Part shown: positions 31,798-42,836 of the stretch, one piece after another
Numbering within the stretch: position 1 is the first letter of the stretch
Layout: every line of letters begins with the position of its first letter
From: an uncultured Gammaproteobacteria bacterium
Lineage (GTDB): Bacteria; Pseudomonadota; Gammaproteobacteria; JACCXJ01
NCBI GenBank assembly: GCA_963764725.1
Contig: CAVXTM010000016.1
Coordinates: forward strand, 96,001 to 160,000
Length of the DNA: 64,000 nt
Direction: 5' to 3'
Notes under the pieces: model-generated
Told to the model about the DNA's origin: nothing
Seen by the model: the letters and a program-made list of their open reading frames with translations, nothing else
The model's database searches: none
Position numbers and translations under genes: made by a program

Positions 31798-34700
31798 TCA
31801 GGGTGCCAGTTGTAGTTTGGGCGCTCGTCCTTGTTGTCGGTTTGCTCGCGGTGGTGTCAATTCCTGGGGCGTTGCGGTTGGCTCCTGGATGTTGAAGAAG
31901 ATGGCATACAGCACCGGTGTCAGTATCAACGCTAGGATAGCGGCGCACGTCAGTCCGAACATGATGCACACCGCCATCCCCCCGAAGAACGGGTCCACCA
32001 GCAGGGGGATCATCCCGAGCACGGTGGTCAACACGACCATGCACACCGGTCGCATCTTGCTCACGCCCCCATCCAGGATCGCTTGATAGGGTGTCTTCCC
32101 CTTGTCGCTCTCGGTCAGGACCTTGCTTAGGACCACGATCTGGGTCTTGATCAGCTCGCCACCCACGGCGAGCACGCCCAAAAGGGCCATAAACCCGAAC
32201 GGCATGCCCGTGAGTAGCAGCCCCGTCGTCACGCCGATGACCATCAACGGCATGATCAGCCAAATCAGGACCGTGGTGCGAATCGAATTGAACAGACACA
32301 CGACGATGAACACCATGAGCGCCAGCACATAGGGGAGTGGCCGGGCCAGAGCGGCGCGGGCGTCTCGGGAATCCTCATACTCGCCACCCCATTCAAGCGA
32401 ATAACCCGGAGGCAGCTCGATCTGCTCGATCTTCGAGCGCACCCGGTCGAACAACTGGCTGGGCAGACCGGAGCGCGGATCGGCGTGGACGGTGAGCGTC
32501 GGGAAGCGATCGCGGCGCATCACGATCGGGTCCTCCCAGACGACCTCGGCGCCGGAAGTGACCTGGCTCATGGGGATCATCCGCCCGGCAACCGAGCTCC
32601 AGATCTGCAGGCTGTTGATCACCGAGACGTCCTCGCGCTCGGCCAGGGGCGGGCGGGCGATGATCGGCAGCAGCCGTGTCTCCTGCGGATAGACTCCCGT
32701 GCCGGCACCGCCAGGCTCGCGGTAGAAGCCGACCACGCGCCCTTCAAAGCTGGTTTGCAGAGCCTGAGCCACCTCAGCGCGCGTGATGCCGTTGCGGCGT
32801 GCCTGATGTTCGAGCAGGTCGGGACGGATGACTTTTTCGCGCTCGCGCCAGTCGCTGCGCACGGCCACCGTCCCGCCATCGTCTACGAGAACTCTCTTCG
32901 CCTGATCGGCGAGTGCGCGCAGTTGTGCGGGATCGGGGCCTCGGAACCGAGCCTGAATGCGCCCGCCCGCGCCCGGGCCCAGAAGAAACTTTTCGGCGAC
33001 GGAGTTGGCGTTCGGGTGCTGCTCGTCCAAATGTCTCTGGATGTCGGCAATCAACCCGTCGATCTTCGTCCAGTCATCGACATCGACCAGGAACTGCACG
33101 AAGGCTCGGTTCTCCCCTTCCGGACTGTAGACGAGCATGAAGCGCAGACCGCCGCCGCCGATGAATGACGTGACATGCGTGACGCCGGGCAGAGCCTGGA
33201 TGTATTGCTGGACGTCGCTGGCGAACGCCTCCGAGTCGCGGATGTGGGTGGCGGATGGCAGGAAGGTATCCACCATGAATTGCGGCCGGGTCGCGGGCGG
33301 GAAAAAGCTCTGATCGATCTTGGTGAAGCCGTACAGCGCCGCGACGAAAGCGACCATGAAGCCGGCCACGACCGCCCAGCGGAAGCGGAGTGCCAGAACC
33401 AAGAGACCACGGTAGTTTCGGAAAAAGAAGCCCGCGTAGGGATCCTTGCTTTGCGCGGTGCCACTGCCCGCGATCGGCTTGAAAAAAAGATAACTCAGCA
33501 GCGGGGTGACGGTGACCGACGAAATCCAACTCAGGCTCAGGGAAATCAGGATGACCCAGAAGAGCGAGTTGGTATACTCCCCGGTGCTGTCTTCCGACAG
33601 TCCGATCGCCGCGAAGGCGATGATGCCGATGGCTGTCGCCCCACAGAGCGGCCACTGGTTTTCCGCGACCACCTCGCGGACCACCTGGAGCTTGTCCTCG
33701 CCGGCCTCGATACGGACCTTGATGCTCTCGATGACGATGATCGCGTTGTCTGTCAGCATGCACAGCGCGATGATCAGCGCGCCCAACGAGATGCGCTCCA
33801 TCAGCAGGTCGCCCTTCATATACATGACGAGGAATGTCGCCATAATCGTGAGCAACAGCACCATACCGATAATCAGCCCGGTCTTGCGGCCCATCGCGAA
33901 GACGAGCACTATGAAAACGATGCTGACCGCCTTGGCCAGATTGAAGACGAACTCGCTGGTGGCCGTGGTGACCGCCTCGGGCTGGAAGTTGATCTCGCCG
34001 ATCTCGATACCGACCGGTTGGTGGGGTTTGAGCTCCTCGAGCGTTCGCCTTACGCCCTCGCCCATCGTCACCACGTTGCCCCCCTGCACTGTGGAGATCC
34101 CCAGGCCGATCGCTGGCTTGCCGTCGTACCGGAGCAAACGGCGCGGCGGGTCCTGATCGCCGCGCTGCAGCGAGGCGACGTCCCTGAGGAAGAGCTGACG
34201 GCCCGTCTGGTCGGATCCAATCACCAGATCCAGCATGTCATCGGCCGAGCGGAAACCGCCTTGCGGATCGAGTGTGATGTGTTCGTCGCCGACGCGTACC
34301 TGACCGCCGTCGGCGGCAATGTTTCTCGCCTGAAGCTTGCTGTAGATGTGCTCCTCGTTGAGGCCGAGCTGCGCCAGCCGTTGCCGCGAGATTTCCAGGA
34401 AGACGACTTCCTGCTGCGCAGCGAAGAGATCGACTTTCTTAACGTTCTGCACTAACAGCAGCTCGCGGCGCAGGAACTCGGCGTAGCGGCGCAGCTCGGG
34501 GAACGAATAGCCGTCGCCGGTAATGGCCAGGAAGATACCGTAGACATCGCCAAAATCGTCGATCACCATCGACCTGCCGCGTACTGAGGGCGGCAGCTGC
34601 GGTTGGACATCTCCGATCTTGCGACGCAGCTCGTCCCAGACCTGGGGGATCGCCTCCCTGTGGAACCGATCCTTGATGACGGCGGTGACCACTGACATGC

Positions 34701-34959
34701 CGCGCGAGGACTCCGAATCGACCCGCTTGAGCTGGCCGAGCTGCTGCAGGGCGCTTTCGATCGGGTTGGTGACCTCCTTGGCGACCTCTTCGGCGTTGGC
34801 CCCGGGGTATGGCGTAATGATCAGCGCTTCCTTGATCGTGAACTCCGGATCCTCGAGCCGGCCCATATTTTGATACGCAATGAATCCGCCGACCAGGACG
34901 AAGAGCATGGCCACATAAACAATACGGTCATTGCGGATGGAGATTTCGCCGGGGTTCAT
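31798..34959 (-). CDS. RND efflux permease (AcrB/AcrD/AcrF family)
   Basis: 1053 aa; GRLEDPEFTIK, YPGANAEEVAKEVT, TM4 MLTDNAIIVIE, RPVCMVVLTTVLGMIPL. Confidence 0.95.
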   Translation of the reverse strand: MNPGEISIRNDRIVYVAMLFVLVGGFIAYQNMGRLEDPEFTIKEALIITPYPGANAEEVAKEVTNPIESALQQLGQLKRVDSESSRGMSVVTAVIKDRFHREAIPQVWDELRRKIGDVQPQLPPSVRGRSMVIDDFGDVYGIFLAITGDGYSFPELRRYAEFLRRELLLVQNVKKVDLFAAQQEVVFLEISRQRLAQLGLNEEHIYSKLQARNIAADGGQVRVGDEHITLDPQGGFRSADDMLDLVIGSDQTGRQLFLRDVASLQRGDQDPPRRLLRYDGKPAIGLGISTVQGGNVVTMGEGVRRTLEELKPHQPVGIEIGEINFQPEAVTTATSEFVFNLAKAVSIVFIVLVFAMGRKTGLIIGMVLLLTIMATFLVMYMKGDLLMERISLGALIIALCMLTDNAIIVIESIKVRIEAGEDKLQVVREVVAENQWPLCGATAIGIIAFAAIGLSEDSTGEYTNSLFWVILISLSLSWISSVTVTPLLSYLFFKPIAGSGTAQSKDPYAGFFFRNYRGLLVLALRFRWAVVAGFMVAFVAALYGFTKIDQSFFPPATRPQFMVDTFLPSATHIRDSEAFASDVQQYIQALPGVTHVTSFIGGGGLRFMLVYSPEGENRAFVQFLVDVDDWTKIDGLIADIQRHLDEQHPNANSVAEKFLLGPGAGGRIQARFRGPDPAQLRALADQAKRVLVDDGGTVAVRSDWREREKVIRPDLLEHQARRNGITRAEVAQALQTSFEGRVVGFYREPGGAGTGVYPQETRLLPIIARPPLAEREDVSVINSLQIWSSVAGRMIPMSQVTSGAEVVWEDPIVMRRDRFPTLTVHADPRSGLPSQLFDRVRSKIEQIELPPGYSLEWGGEYEDSRDARAALARPLPYVLALMVFIVVCLFNSIRTTVLIWLIMPLMVIGVTTGLLLTGMPFGFMALLGVLAVGGELIKTQIVVLSKVLTESDKGKTPYQAILDGGVSKMRPVCMVVLTTVLGMIPLLVDPFFGGMAVCIMFGLTCAAILALILTPVLYAIFFNIQEPTATPQELTPPRANRQQGRAPKLQLAP

Positions 34960-36254
34960 GGCTGGTCGCCTCCGAGTGCGTTACCCAGATCGCGAACCTT
35001 CATCCCTTCGCGCAGGAACGTCACCCCGGCCACCGCGATGCGGTCGCCCGGTTGCAGTCCTTCCACAATTTCGATGTCGCCGCCCGCAGCCGCGCCCAGC
35101 TTTACCGGGCGGGGGGCGACCGTTTGATCCGGCCTGATAACCCACGCCACTTGCTCGCCCGTATCTGGCTCGAAAATCGCCGAGATCGGCACCAGGATGC
35201 GATTGCCCAGGATGCTGGCCCCCCGGTAGGTGACAGTCACGGTGGCCGTCATGCCGGGAAGCGCGCGGACGCCGGGCGGGGCATCCATGCCGACGCGGAC
35301 TTGGAACGTTTGCGTCGTTGGGTCCGCCACCTGCCCGATCTCGCGAAGGTAAACCGGAAACTGCAATCCAGGTGCCGCGCTGAACTCCGCGATCATCTGC
35401 ACAATGTCGGCCGAGCGAATGTCGGCGGCCATGGCCGTCTCCGGCACGTCGACGGCGATGTCGATCTCGTAAACATCCTGGAACGTGACCACCGGCTCCT
35501 TGGCCCGCACGTTCTGATTCTGGTCGACGAACCGCCGGGCGATCACGCCGTCGTAGGGGGCGCGGAGCGTGCTGTCCTCGAGCTGAATGTTCGCTTCCAC
35601 GACGCGGCCTTCAAACGTGCGAACCTGCGCCTCCTGAGCCTCGATGTCTTCCGCGCGCGCGATGGTGCCTTTATCGAGCATCTGGAGAGCAGCCTTGTGA
35701 TCTTCCCGGACAATGCGGTAGTTGGTTTCAGCACGCTCGAAATCCGCGCGCGAAACAGCGTTCGACCGGATTAGCCGCGCGTAGCGATCGTATTCCGTGC
35801 GGGCGTTCGCGAGCTTCGCCGCGGCCGCGCGCACCTGCGCTTCGCGGCGCAGCCGCTCCTCGGGCCGTTCCCCCGATTGCAGAGACCTGAGGACCGCACG
35901 GCCCTGGTCGAGTTGGCCTTGAAGTGATTTCAGCTGGGCCTGGAATTCGTCCTGCCGAAGCTGCGCGATCAGCTCGCCCTTCGCGACCTTCTGGCCCTCC
36001 TTGACCGGCAGCTTGATCAGCAGGCCGGGAACCCGGAATGCAAGCTCGACCCGGTTCGACGCTTCAACCTTTCCGGGGAAGGATCGCTCCCGAGCTTGTT
36101 CCGCGGCCGCCACGACCATCGTTTTGACGGGGCGCACCGCCTCGGAATCGGTCGCAGCCGGCTCCGACGAGCACCCGGCAGCGAGGAGTAAGACTGTATA
36201 TGCGATCAGCGAACGTCGATCGAGGCCGCTGCAACCGCAACTTCTAACGTTCAT
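34956..36254 (-). CDS. RND periplasmic adaptor (membrane fusion lipoprotein)
   Basis: LAAGC lipobox, LAFRVPG..VKEGQKV, LRAPYDGVI, GLQPGDRIAVAG. Confidence 0.93.
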   Translation of the reverse strand: MNVRSCGCSGLDRRSLIAYTVLLLAAGCSSEPAATDSEAVRPVKTMVVAAAEQARERSFPGKVEASNRVELAFRVPGLLIKLPVKEGQKVAKGELIAQLRQDEFQAQLKSLQGQLDQGRAVLRSLQSGERPEERLRREAQVRAAAAKLANARTEYDRYARLIRSNAVSRADFERAETNYRIVREDHKAALQMLDKGTIARAEDIEAQEAQVRTFEGRVVEANIQLEDSTLRAPYDGVIARRFVDQNQNVRAKEPVVTFQDVYEIDIAVDVPETAMAADIRSADIVQMIAEFSAAPGLQFPVYLREIGQVADPTTQTFQVRVGMDAPPGVRALPGMTATVTVTYRGASILGNRILVPISAIFEPDTGEQVAWVIRPDQTVAPRPVKLGAAAGGDIEIVEGLQPGDRIAVAGVTFLREGMKVRDLGNALGGDQP

Positions 36255-36263
36255 GAATGCGTC

Positions 36264-36357
36264 GCCTAACCAGCATCAGAAATCGACGGCATCGCGGATC
36301 AAGGGACACAGCCGCGGTCGAAGGTTCGTCGCACCGCGTAATTCATAACGTGTAGGC
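36264..36357 (-). other. Degenerate attC-like site just upstream of the adaptor gene
   Basis: Minus strand GCCTACACGTTATGAATTACGCGG...GTCGATTTCTGATGCTGGTTAGGC, 9 nt before the ATG. Confidence 0.35.
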
Positions 36358-36866
36358 TATCCCATCGACCGGGCGCTTGCAACCGACCCGGCGGCGATAG
36401 TGATTGACAATTTCATGACCATCAATGGCGTAAATGCTTGCGAAGTAGACCAGGCCAGGTAAGCTGTTTTGGGCCAGGCATCAAGCCCGATCTAATTGGC
36501 GTGCCGATTGAAACCGCCTTACGCCGATTCCGCCCATTAGATATGAGTACCTTTATTCCTGTCGGAGCTAACGGCTGCCCTTTTTGAATTACGCGACTTT
36601 TGAGGGATTGCAGCGAACACGTTTGTAACTGTAGTGTTACCGAGCTGCCACAGGCTTGTATTGCGCTTCATCTAATATAGAATAAAATCCCCTCGCAGCG
36701 TGCGCAGCGTCTGACTTCAGCGCTTATACTGTGGCGTAACGCTATGGTGGGATCGGGATTCGGTCAGAACTACGTTCCACAGTTCCCCCCGGCCTTGCCG
36801 ACCGACTCCCCGGGGTATGGAGTTCGACCAATTCGAGCCACGCATCATCGAAAGAGATAGGAACCA

Positions 36867-37989
36867 ATGCTCCACGTCGACATTCCATCCCGCTCCGACA
36901 TCGAACGGCTAATTGCGGTGCGCGCCGCGGCTTGTCTATCGATTTATCTCCGAACCACGCCACTCACCCAGCAGGCCCAGGGCGACCGCATCGAGTTGAG
37001 AAACCTGGCCCGCGCCGGGCTCGAGCAGTTGCGCGCGAAGAACTCGGACAGGCAGGCCGTCGCGGCCATCGAGGAAGCGATCGATGACGTCGTCGACGAC
37101 GACGACTTCTGGCGATTCCAGGCAAACAGCCTGGCCGTGTTCGCGACACCTGAGGCGACGGTGACGTTCCGCTTGCCGAATGCGCTCACGCCCATGGTCA
37201 AGGCCGGGGATCGTTTTTTCATCAAGCCCCTGTTGCGCGCTATCACCGTGCCCCAATTCGCGTTTGTTCTAGCACTGGCCCAGGGCTCGGCGCGGCTCGT
37301 CGAGGTTTCCGGCGACATGCCGGCCTTTGAAGTCAAGGTCGCTGATATGCCTGAGGACGCGGCGAGTGCCGTGGCGCAAGGCGTCGATCCTTGATCGGTC
37401 GCCGAGCGGGCGCGTCCAAGGGTCAGAGGGTCAGAAAGTACGGCTGCGCCAGTATGCCCGCCAAGTCGACAAGGCGCTGCGCGACCTCCTCACCGGTCGC
37501 GAAACTCCGCTGATCTTGGCTGCAACGCCACCGCTCGACGCAATATTCCGATCTGTGAACACCTACCCGCATCTCGTCGATGAGGTCATTGCCGGCAACC
37601 CCGAAAAGGTCAGCGACGCCGATCTCGCTCAGGCCTCACGAGCAATCCTCGATCGCCTGCATCGGGCGGATCTCGAGGAACTCCATCGGCTGTTCGAGAC
37701 CCGCGCGGCTCAAGGGCGAACCACGACGGATATCGCGCAAGCTGCACGTGCCGCGACTTTCGGGGCAGTCGCGGTGCTGCTGGTAGATATCGACGAAGTC
37801 ATCCCTGGATGGGTCGACGAGGACGATGGCCGCGTCCTGTTTAGCGAAGAGCCCTCCGCGTCGACCCACGGCGTGGTCGACGAGATCGCCGGTCGTGCGC
37901 TGATGGCCGGTGCGCGGGTACTAGGCGTACGGCGCGCGGACATTCCCGGTGGCGGCAGTCTCGCCGTAATACTGCGTTATCCCTTCTGA
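36867..37989 (+). CDS. baeRF-family (bacterial archaeo-eukaryotic release factor-like) protein, frameshift near 37380
   Basis: MLHVDIPS..CLSIYLRTTP..NSLAVFATP..IKPLLRA and PLILAA..AARAATFGAV..VILRY in two overlapping ORFs. Confidence 0.75.
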
Positions 37990-37992
37990 CGC

Positions 37993-39458
37993 TCATTCAC
38001 CCTTAGAAACGCTCAAACGCCTGTCCGAGGTGGCGTTTGGAGCGATGGTCTCCGCCTCGATCACCCAGCCGCCGCCCATAGCCTTGTAGACATTGACGAG
38101 CTGGGTCAGGCTATCCGCCTGGTTCTGCGCATGGGCCAGCTCGGCGCTGAACAACTCGTTCTGTGCAACGAGTACCTCCAGGTAGCTCGTCACGCCCTCG
38201 TCGAACCGCTGTTGGGCGAGCCGCGCAAAATCCTGGAGTGCGGCAACACGTAGGCCGCGCGCTATGAGCTCCTCGCGGCTCTTCTGCGTGCCGATGAGCG
38301 CATCGTTCACTTCCCGAAACGCGCCTAGGATCGTTTGCCGGTACCGCTCAAGCGCCTGCCGTTGCACCGCCTCGGCCGCCTGCACCTGGCCCTCGATATT
38401 GCCAAACGTGAACACTGGCACCGTCGCCGCAGCGCTCAGTGCCCACACGCCCGCCGGCCCGGTGAACAAGCTCGAAAGCGCTACGCTGGCAGTTCCCACC
38501 AAACTGGTGAGGGAGATCGTCGGAAAATAAAGCGAGCGGGCGACACCGATCTGAGCGTTCGCCGCAATGAGATCCTGCTCAGTGGCACGGATGTCCGGCC
38601 GGCGATCGAGCAGGCTCGAGGGCAGGCCGCTCGGAATTCCAGGAGAAGCGAGCTGATCGATCGCCTTGCCGCGTAGAATCGGTGCCGGATTGCGGCCGAG
38701 CAGGATCGAGAGCAGATTCTCCTGCAGCGCGATCTGGCGCTCAAAAGCGGGGATCGCGGCAAGAGCCTCTTGATATTGCGACTCGACCTGGGCGACCTCG
38801 ACTTGACCGACGATCCCCTCCTTGAAGCGCAGGTCGAAGATCCGCTTGGTCTCGCCGTAGTTGCGGGCGGTCGCATGCGAGATCTCGAGCTGGCGGTCGA
38901 GCGCCCGCAGCGCGATGTAGCTCGAGGCCACGCCGGTCACGACCGAGAGGATGACCGCGAGCCGTACGTCCTCGGCGGAGAATACCTGCGCCTGAGCCGA
39001 CTCGGTGGCGCGTCGGATGCGGCCGAAGACATCGATCTCCCAGTTGGTGTTGAGCTCGAGCTCATAGAAGTTGAAGGGGTTGCTCACGTTCGAAGGGAAC
39101 GGCCCCGGCCCCGCTTCGGTCTCACGCAGGCCCCCGGTGGCGGCCGCGGCACCGATCTGTGGGAAGAACGTAGAGCGCGCCGTCCTGAGCTGGCCGAGGA
39201 ACTGCTCGATGCGCGCGGCGGCGATGCGCACATCGTAGTTCTCGCGCAGCGCCGTCTCGATGAGTCGGTCCAGGACCGGATCGCCGAACTGCGCCCACCA
39301 GCGGGTATCGGCCATGCCTGCCGCTTGCTGGTAGTCAACGCGCCAGGCTTGCGGAGTATCGACCTCCGGACGCACGTAATCGGGGCCAACGGCAGCGCAG
39401 CCCAACAGCAAGGTTGCGAAGGGAACAGCCTAGCGAGAATCGCCACATCTTTAGTCAT
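37993..39458 (-). CDS. Outer membrane efflux lipoprotein (OprM/NodT family), frameshift in signal peptide
   Basis: LLGCAAVGPDYVRP, WWAQFGDPVLDRLI, WEIDVFGRIRR, LLDRRPDIRATE, VYKAMGGGW. Confidence 0.9.
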
Positions 39459-39479
39459 CTTCCCGCTTGGCATGCGGCG

Positions 39480-39640
39480 CGGCCGGTACGGGCGTACCTG
39501 CGACCGCGCGCTCTGCGCCCGGCGGGCGAAGAGACCGGTCAAGCCTTCGGAGCAGCACGAAGAAGAGGGGCACGAAGATCGCGATACTGTCGAGGGGTAT
39601 GCCGCCGATGATGCCGGTGCCGATGGCGTGCAGCTTGGTC
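39480..39640 (-). pseudogene. Last TM segment of a deleted RND permease
   Basis: LHAIGTGIIGG..IAIFVPLFFVLLRR resembles the AcrB C-terminal helix; it sits directly upstream of the OprM-like gene. Confidence 0.6.
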
Positions 39641-39659
39641 AGGATTGACCCACCCGCGC

Positions 39660-39886
39660 CCCACGGGCACTTTAATGATGTCGTGGGTCTGGGAGGGCAC
39701 CGGGCCGTGTTTCATCGCTAGGTAGCTGTCATCGCAATGAGCCGCCCGTAACGTTCAAGATGCTTCTTGTCGGCAAAGTAAAAGACCTTCGAGACGCTAA
39801 GAAACGTAGGGTTGGCAACTTTTGTGAGACGAGCAAAATCGCCTCGATAGCTTCCCTACGTCAAATGACCTGGCGCTGATGACCAT
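39660..39886 (-). pseudogene. Panacea (SocA/DUF4065) antitoxin N-terminal remnant
   Basis: With frameshifts: FDVGK-AIEAILLVSQKVANPTFLSVSKVFYFADKKHLERYGRLI-DSYLAMKHGPVPSQTHDIIK. Confidence 0.7.
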
Positions 39887-39999
39887 GGGCGATCCTCGAA
39901 AACGCATGAATCAGTATAGCCATTCAATACAGCGGCGATCAACGAGGTCCGACAGACGCTGTTTCTGGGATAGGAATTATCGAGCGCGCACCGCTTCCT

Positions 40000-40155
40000 C
40001 AAGCCCACTGTCGGCGATCTGTCCCGCACGCGCGCAAGACGCCAAAACGCTCCGAAACCTAGCGCCCTCGGACCGACAAATATCCCGGAAAGTCCCCAAT
40101 CCTGGACCCCAGACACGCGTGTTTGACACCCCGCAGGTTAATACAGTACCCTCAC
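40000..40155 (+). mobile_element. Second IS91/ISCR end-region remnant with outward promoter
   Basis: Colinear similarity to the reverse complement of 5895-6030 (GCCAAAAC..ATCCTGGACC..CGTGT..TTGACA..CAGGT..GTAC). TTGACA 40123-40128, 18 nt spacer, TACCCT. Confidence 0.5.
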
Positions 40156-40263
40156 TCGCGCGCCCTACCCCACCTCCAAATCAATATGGGAACCCGCGAT
40201 CACAGTTTGGGACCGAACAGACCGGTAGTTGACGCCGCTGGCGTCGGAGCCAGCATTGTGAGC

Positions 40264-41829
40264 ATGAGAACGACGAGAACTCCGTATCTAGTTGTGATTG
40301 GTGTTGCAGCCGTGCTGACGGCATGCGACAGGGGAAGCGATCCCGCAGCGCGCGAGGGCACAGCCGCTAGCCCGAGTGACTCGTCCATCCCGGCACTCGC
40401 CAGTGCCGCGCCTTCGACATCGCGCACAGCCGCGGACGTGACTCCAAAGACAGAGCCGCCGCGGGAGGCAGAGATCCTGTCCGATGCGTTCGCGAATGCC
40501 GCCAAGGCAATTCGGCCCAGTGTCGTGCAGCTCGACGTCGAGATGAAGCGGGCGCAGGGCGAGATGGCGCAGGGGCCGCAGCCGCGGGGACCTGCACCCC
40601 CGCCAGGGATGGAGGACTTTTTCGAGAGGTTCTTCGATTTCGGGTCTGGCGACGGAATGCTGCCCCCTCCCGGGCTCGAGCGCGGGACTGGCTCGGGGGT
40701 GGTGTTCGATGCCGCTGGGCACGTCGTTACGAATAGCCACGTCGTGCATGGCGCGAGCCGGGTGACGATCGCGTTCAGCGACGGCCAGAAATACGCGGGC
40801 AAGGTGGTAGGTGCCGATCCCTACACAGACGTCGCGGTCGTGCGATTCGAGAAGAAACCCGAAGCGCTCACCGTCGCGCGGCTCGGGAACTCGGACGAGC
40901 TTCGGGTAGGCCAGTGGGTGATCGCGGTGGGGAGTCCCCTGGGACTGACACAGACGGTTACTGCTGGGATCGTCAGCGGGCTCGGACGCACAGGAGGGCG
41001 CATTCAGCTCTCCGGTGAACGCGTCCGCCGCTACATCCAGACCGACGCGCTCATCAACCCGGGCAATTCCGGCGGCCCCCTGGTCAACCTCCGGGGAGAG
41101 GTCGTCGGGATCAACAGCGTGATCAATGTGGGCCCAGGCGGCAGCTACGGCTTCGCCATTCCGGTCAATCAGGTGTCCGAGGTGGTCCAGACGATTGTGA
41201 AAGAGGGGCGCGTCCGCTATCCCTACATGGGGGTGATGATCGGCAGCCTCGAAGAGATCCCACCAGAGCAGCGCGGCGAGATCGGGCGAAACCTGCCGGA
41301 CAAAGGAGTCGTCGTCACCGAGGTCACGCCGGGGGGGCCAGCCGCCCAGGCCGGTCTCAAACCAGGGGACGTCATCAGCAAAATCGGCGGTACGGCCGCC
41401 ACCAGTGCCTCGGACGTCATCGACTTCGTGTCCGGCCAACCTATCGGGTCGAAAGTGACCGTTGAATATCGGCGCGACGGCAAGACCAGCACGATCGAAA
41501 TGAAACTAGCCGAGCTGCCTGCTCCCGACAGCCGCGGCGGCCCGGAGGGGGCCACCATCGGGATCTCGCTACAAACGCTCACTGAGCCGCTGGCACGCTC
41601 TTTGGGCGTTGATCCAAACCTCAGGGGCGCCGTGATCGCGGACGTCCGACCCGATAGCCCAGCCGCTCGCGCGGGACTGCAACCGGGTGACATCATCCGC
41701 GATGTCAACGGCAAGCCGGTCGCCTCCGCTGAGGAGGCCGTCGCCGCCATCAAATCCGGAGCCAAGAAGCATCTCCTGCGCGTCACAAACGCGGCCGGCA
41801 CCAGGTTCGTGACAGTGACTCCGGAGTAA
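40264..41829 (+). CDS. HtrA/DegP-family serine protease lipoprotein with two PDZ domains
   Basis: LTAC lipobox, VTNSHVV, TDVAVV, INPGNSGGPL, two PDZ repeats. Confidence 0.93.
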   Translation: MRTTRTPYLVVIGVAAVLTACDRGSDPAAREGTAASPSDSSIPALASAAPSTSRTAADVTPKTEPPREAEILSDAFANAAKAIRPSVVQLDVEMKRAQGEMAQGPQPRGPAPPPGMEDFFERFFDFGSGDGMLPPPGLERGTGSGVVFDAAGHVVTNSHVVHGASRVTIAFSDGQKYAGKVVGADPYTDVAVVRFEKKPEALTVARLGNSDELRVGQWVIAVGSPLGLTQTVTAGIVSGLGRTGGRIQLSGERVRRYIQTDALINPGNSGGPLVNLRGEVVGINSVINVGPGGSYGFAIPVNQVSEVVQTIVKEGRVRYPYMGVMIGSLEEIPPEQRGEIGRNLPDKGVVVTEVTPGGPAAQAGLKPGDVISKIGGTAATSASDVIDFVSGQPIGSKVTVEYRRDGKTSTIEMKLAELPAPDSRGGPEGATIGISLQTLTEPLARSLGVDPNLRGAVIADVRPDSPAARAGLQPGDIIRDVNGKPVASAEEAVAAIKSGAKKHLLRVTNAAGTRFVTVTPE

Positions 41830-42303
41830 GCGACCGAAGCCTTCATCTCGCGCCCGTGGTCCTCCGCGCCGATCGAGAGCGTCAACGTCTCCTCGTACAC
41901 GATCTCAACCGCCCCCGGAGTCGGATGGGACTCTGATGCGAAGCTCGACCACTCTGGTGTTCGTCGAGCTGCCAGCAACACCCGTTCAACCAGGCGAAGT
42001 GCGCGTGCGAGCTTCGGTGACAGTTCGCTGCATTTGCGGACCTCCTCTCCTGGCGATCTCGCGTGGCTTCGGTGGAGCTAGCGCCTGGTGGCGATACCGA
42101 GTATAGGACAGCCTCAACTTCATGCTCGCGTCCGCGCCCACGCACCCGAGCGAGAAGGCTGATGCAGCGTTTCGCCAAGATCTGTTATTGCATGAAGACT
42201 GGAACACGACCCCTTTCGAGATCATGTGCTGTCGCTCAAGTGGAAAGGATGGTATCGCAAGCGCGTGGGCAGATGCCGCATCTATCTTTCTCCCGCAGCG
42301 CGG

Positions 42304-42600
42304 CTAGCGGTTCGCCAGGATCGGACAGAGCTTCGCTTCGATGAGCGAGTCGTCCGCCGTGACGAGGGTAAGGTCGTATACCAGCGCGGTGGCTACCAGG
42401 AAGCGGTCGCTCGGATCGGGGTGTGCGAGCATTACCTCGCGGCTGCGAATCGCCACCTCAAAGGTCAAAACGGCTTCCTGCGCCGGAGTACTAGCGAGCG
42501 CTTCCGCGACCCATCTGCGAGGCTCGTCATCCAGCTTCACCCGGCCGCGCTCGGCGAGGACAAAAAGCTCCCAGACGCCGATCGGGCCAGTTCGTGGAGG
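42304..42600 (-). pseudogene. PIN-domain VapC toxin remnant
   Basis: VWELFVLAERGRVKL...HPDPSDRFLVATALVYDLTLVTAD; N-terminus and antitoxin missing. Confidence 0.7.
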
Positions 42601-42836
42601 TATCTATTCCGGACCGCTCGGAGTAAGATTTCGGTACACCTCGAGGTCGAGGGAATCTGACGATCAAAACGGCAGAAGGCAAGATAAAACGATAAAACGC
42701 GCAGCGTGATCAGGTGAACAGGGAGCCGCTCTGAATTGCAACGAACAATGGGCTTGACTCCCCAGTTTTGCTAGAGCAGTGTACCATCCTTGTGCCGGCA
42801 TTCTCCGGCTAACGCTAACTTCGTAGGAGACCCTTC

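Noticed and set aside
36420-36515. Sigma54 promoter-like TGGC motifs
   Set aside because: One has the wrong GG-GC spacing and the other lacks the -12 GC.
42098-42120. IS91 oriIS-like terminus (minus strand TTGAGGCTGTCCTATAC)
   Set aside because: The match is short and there is no adjacent transposase remnant.
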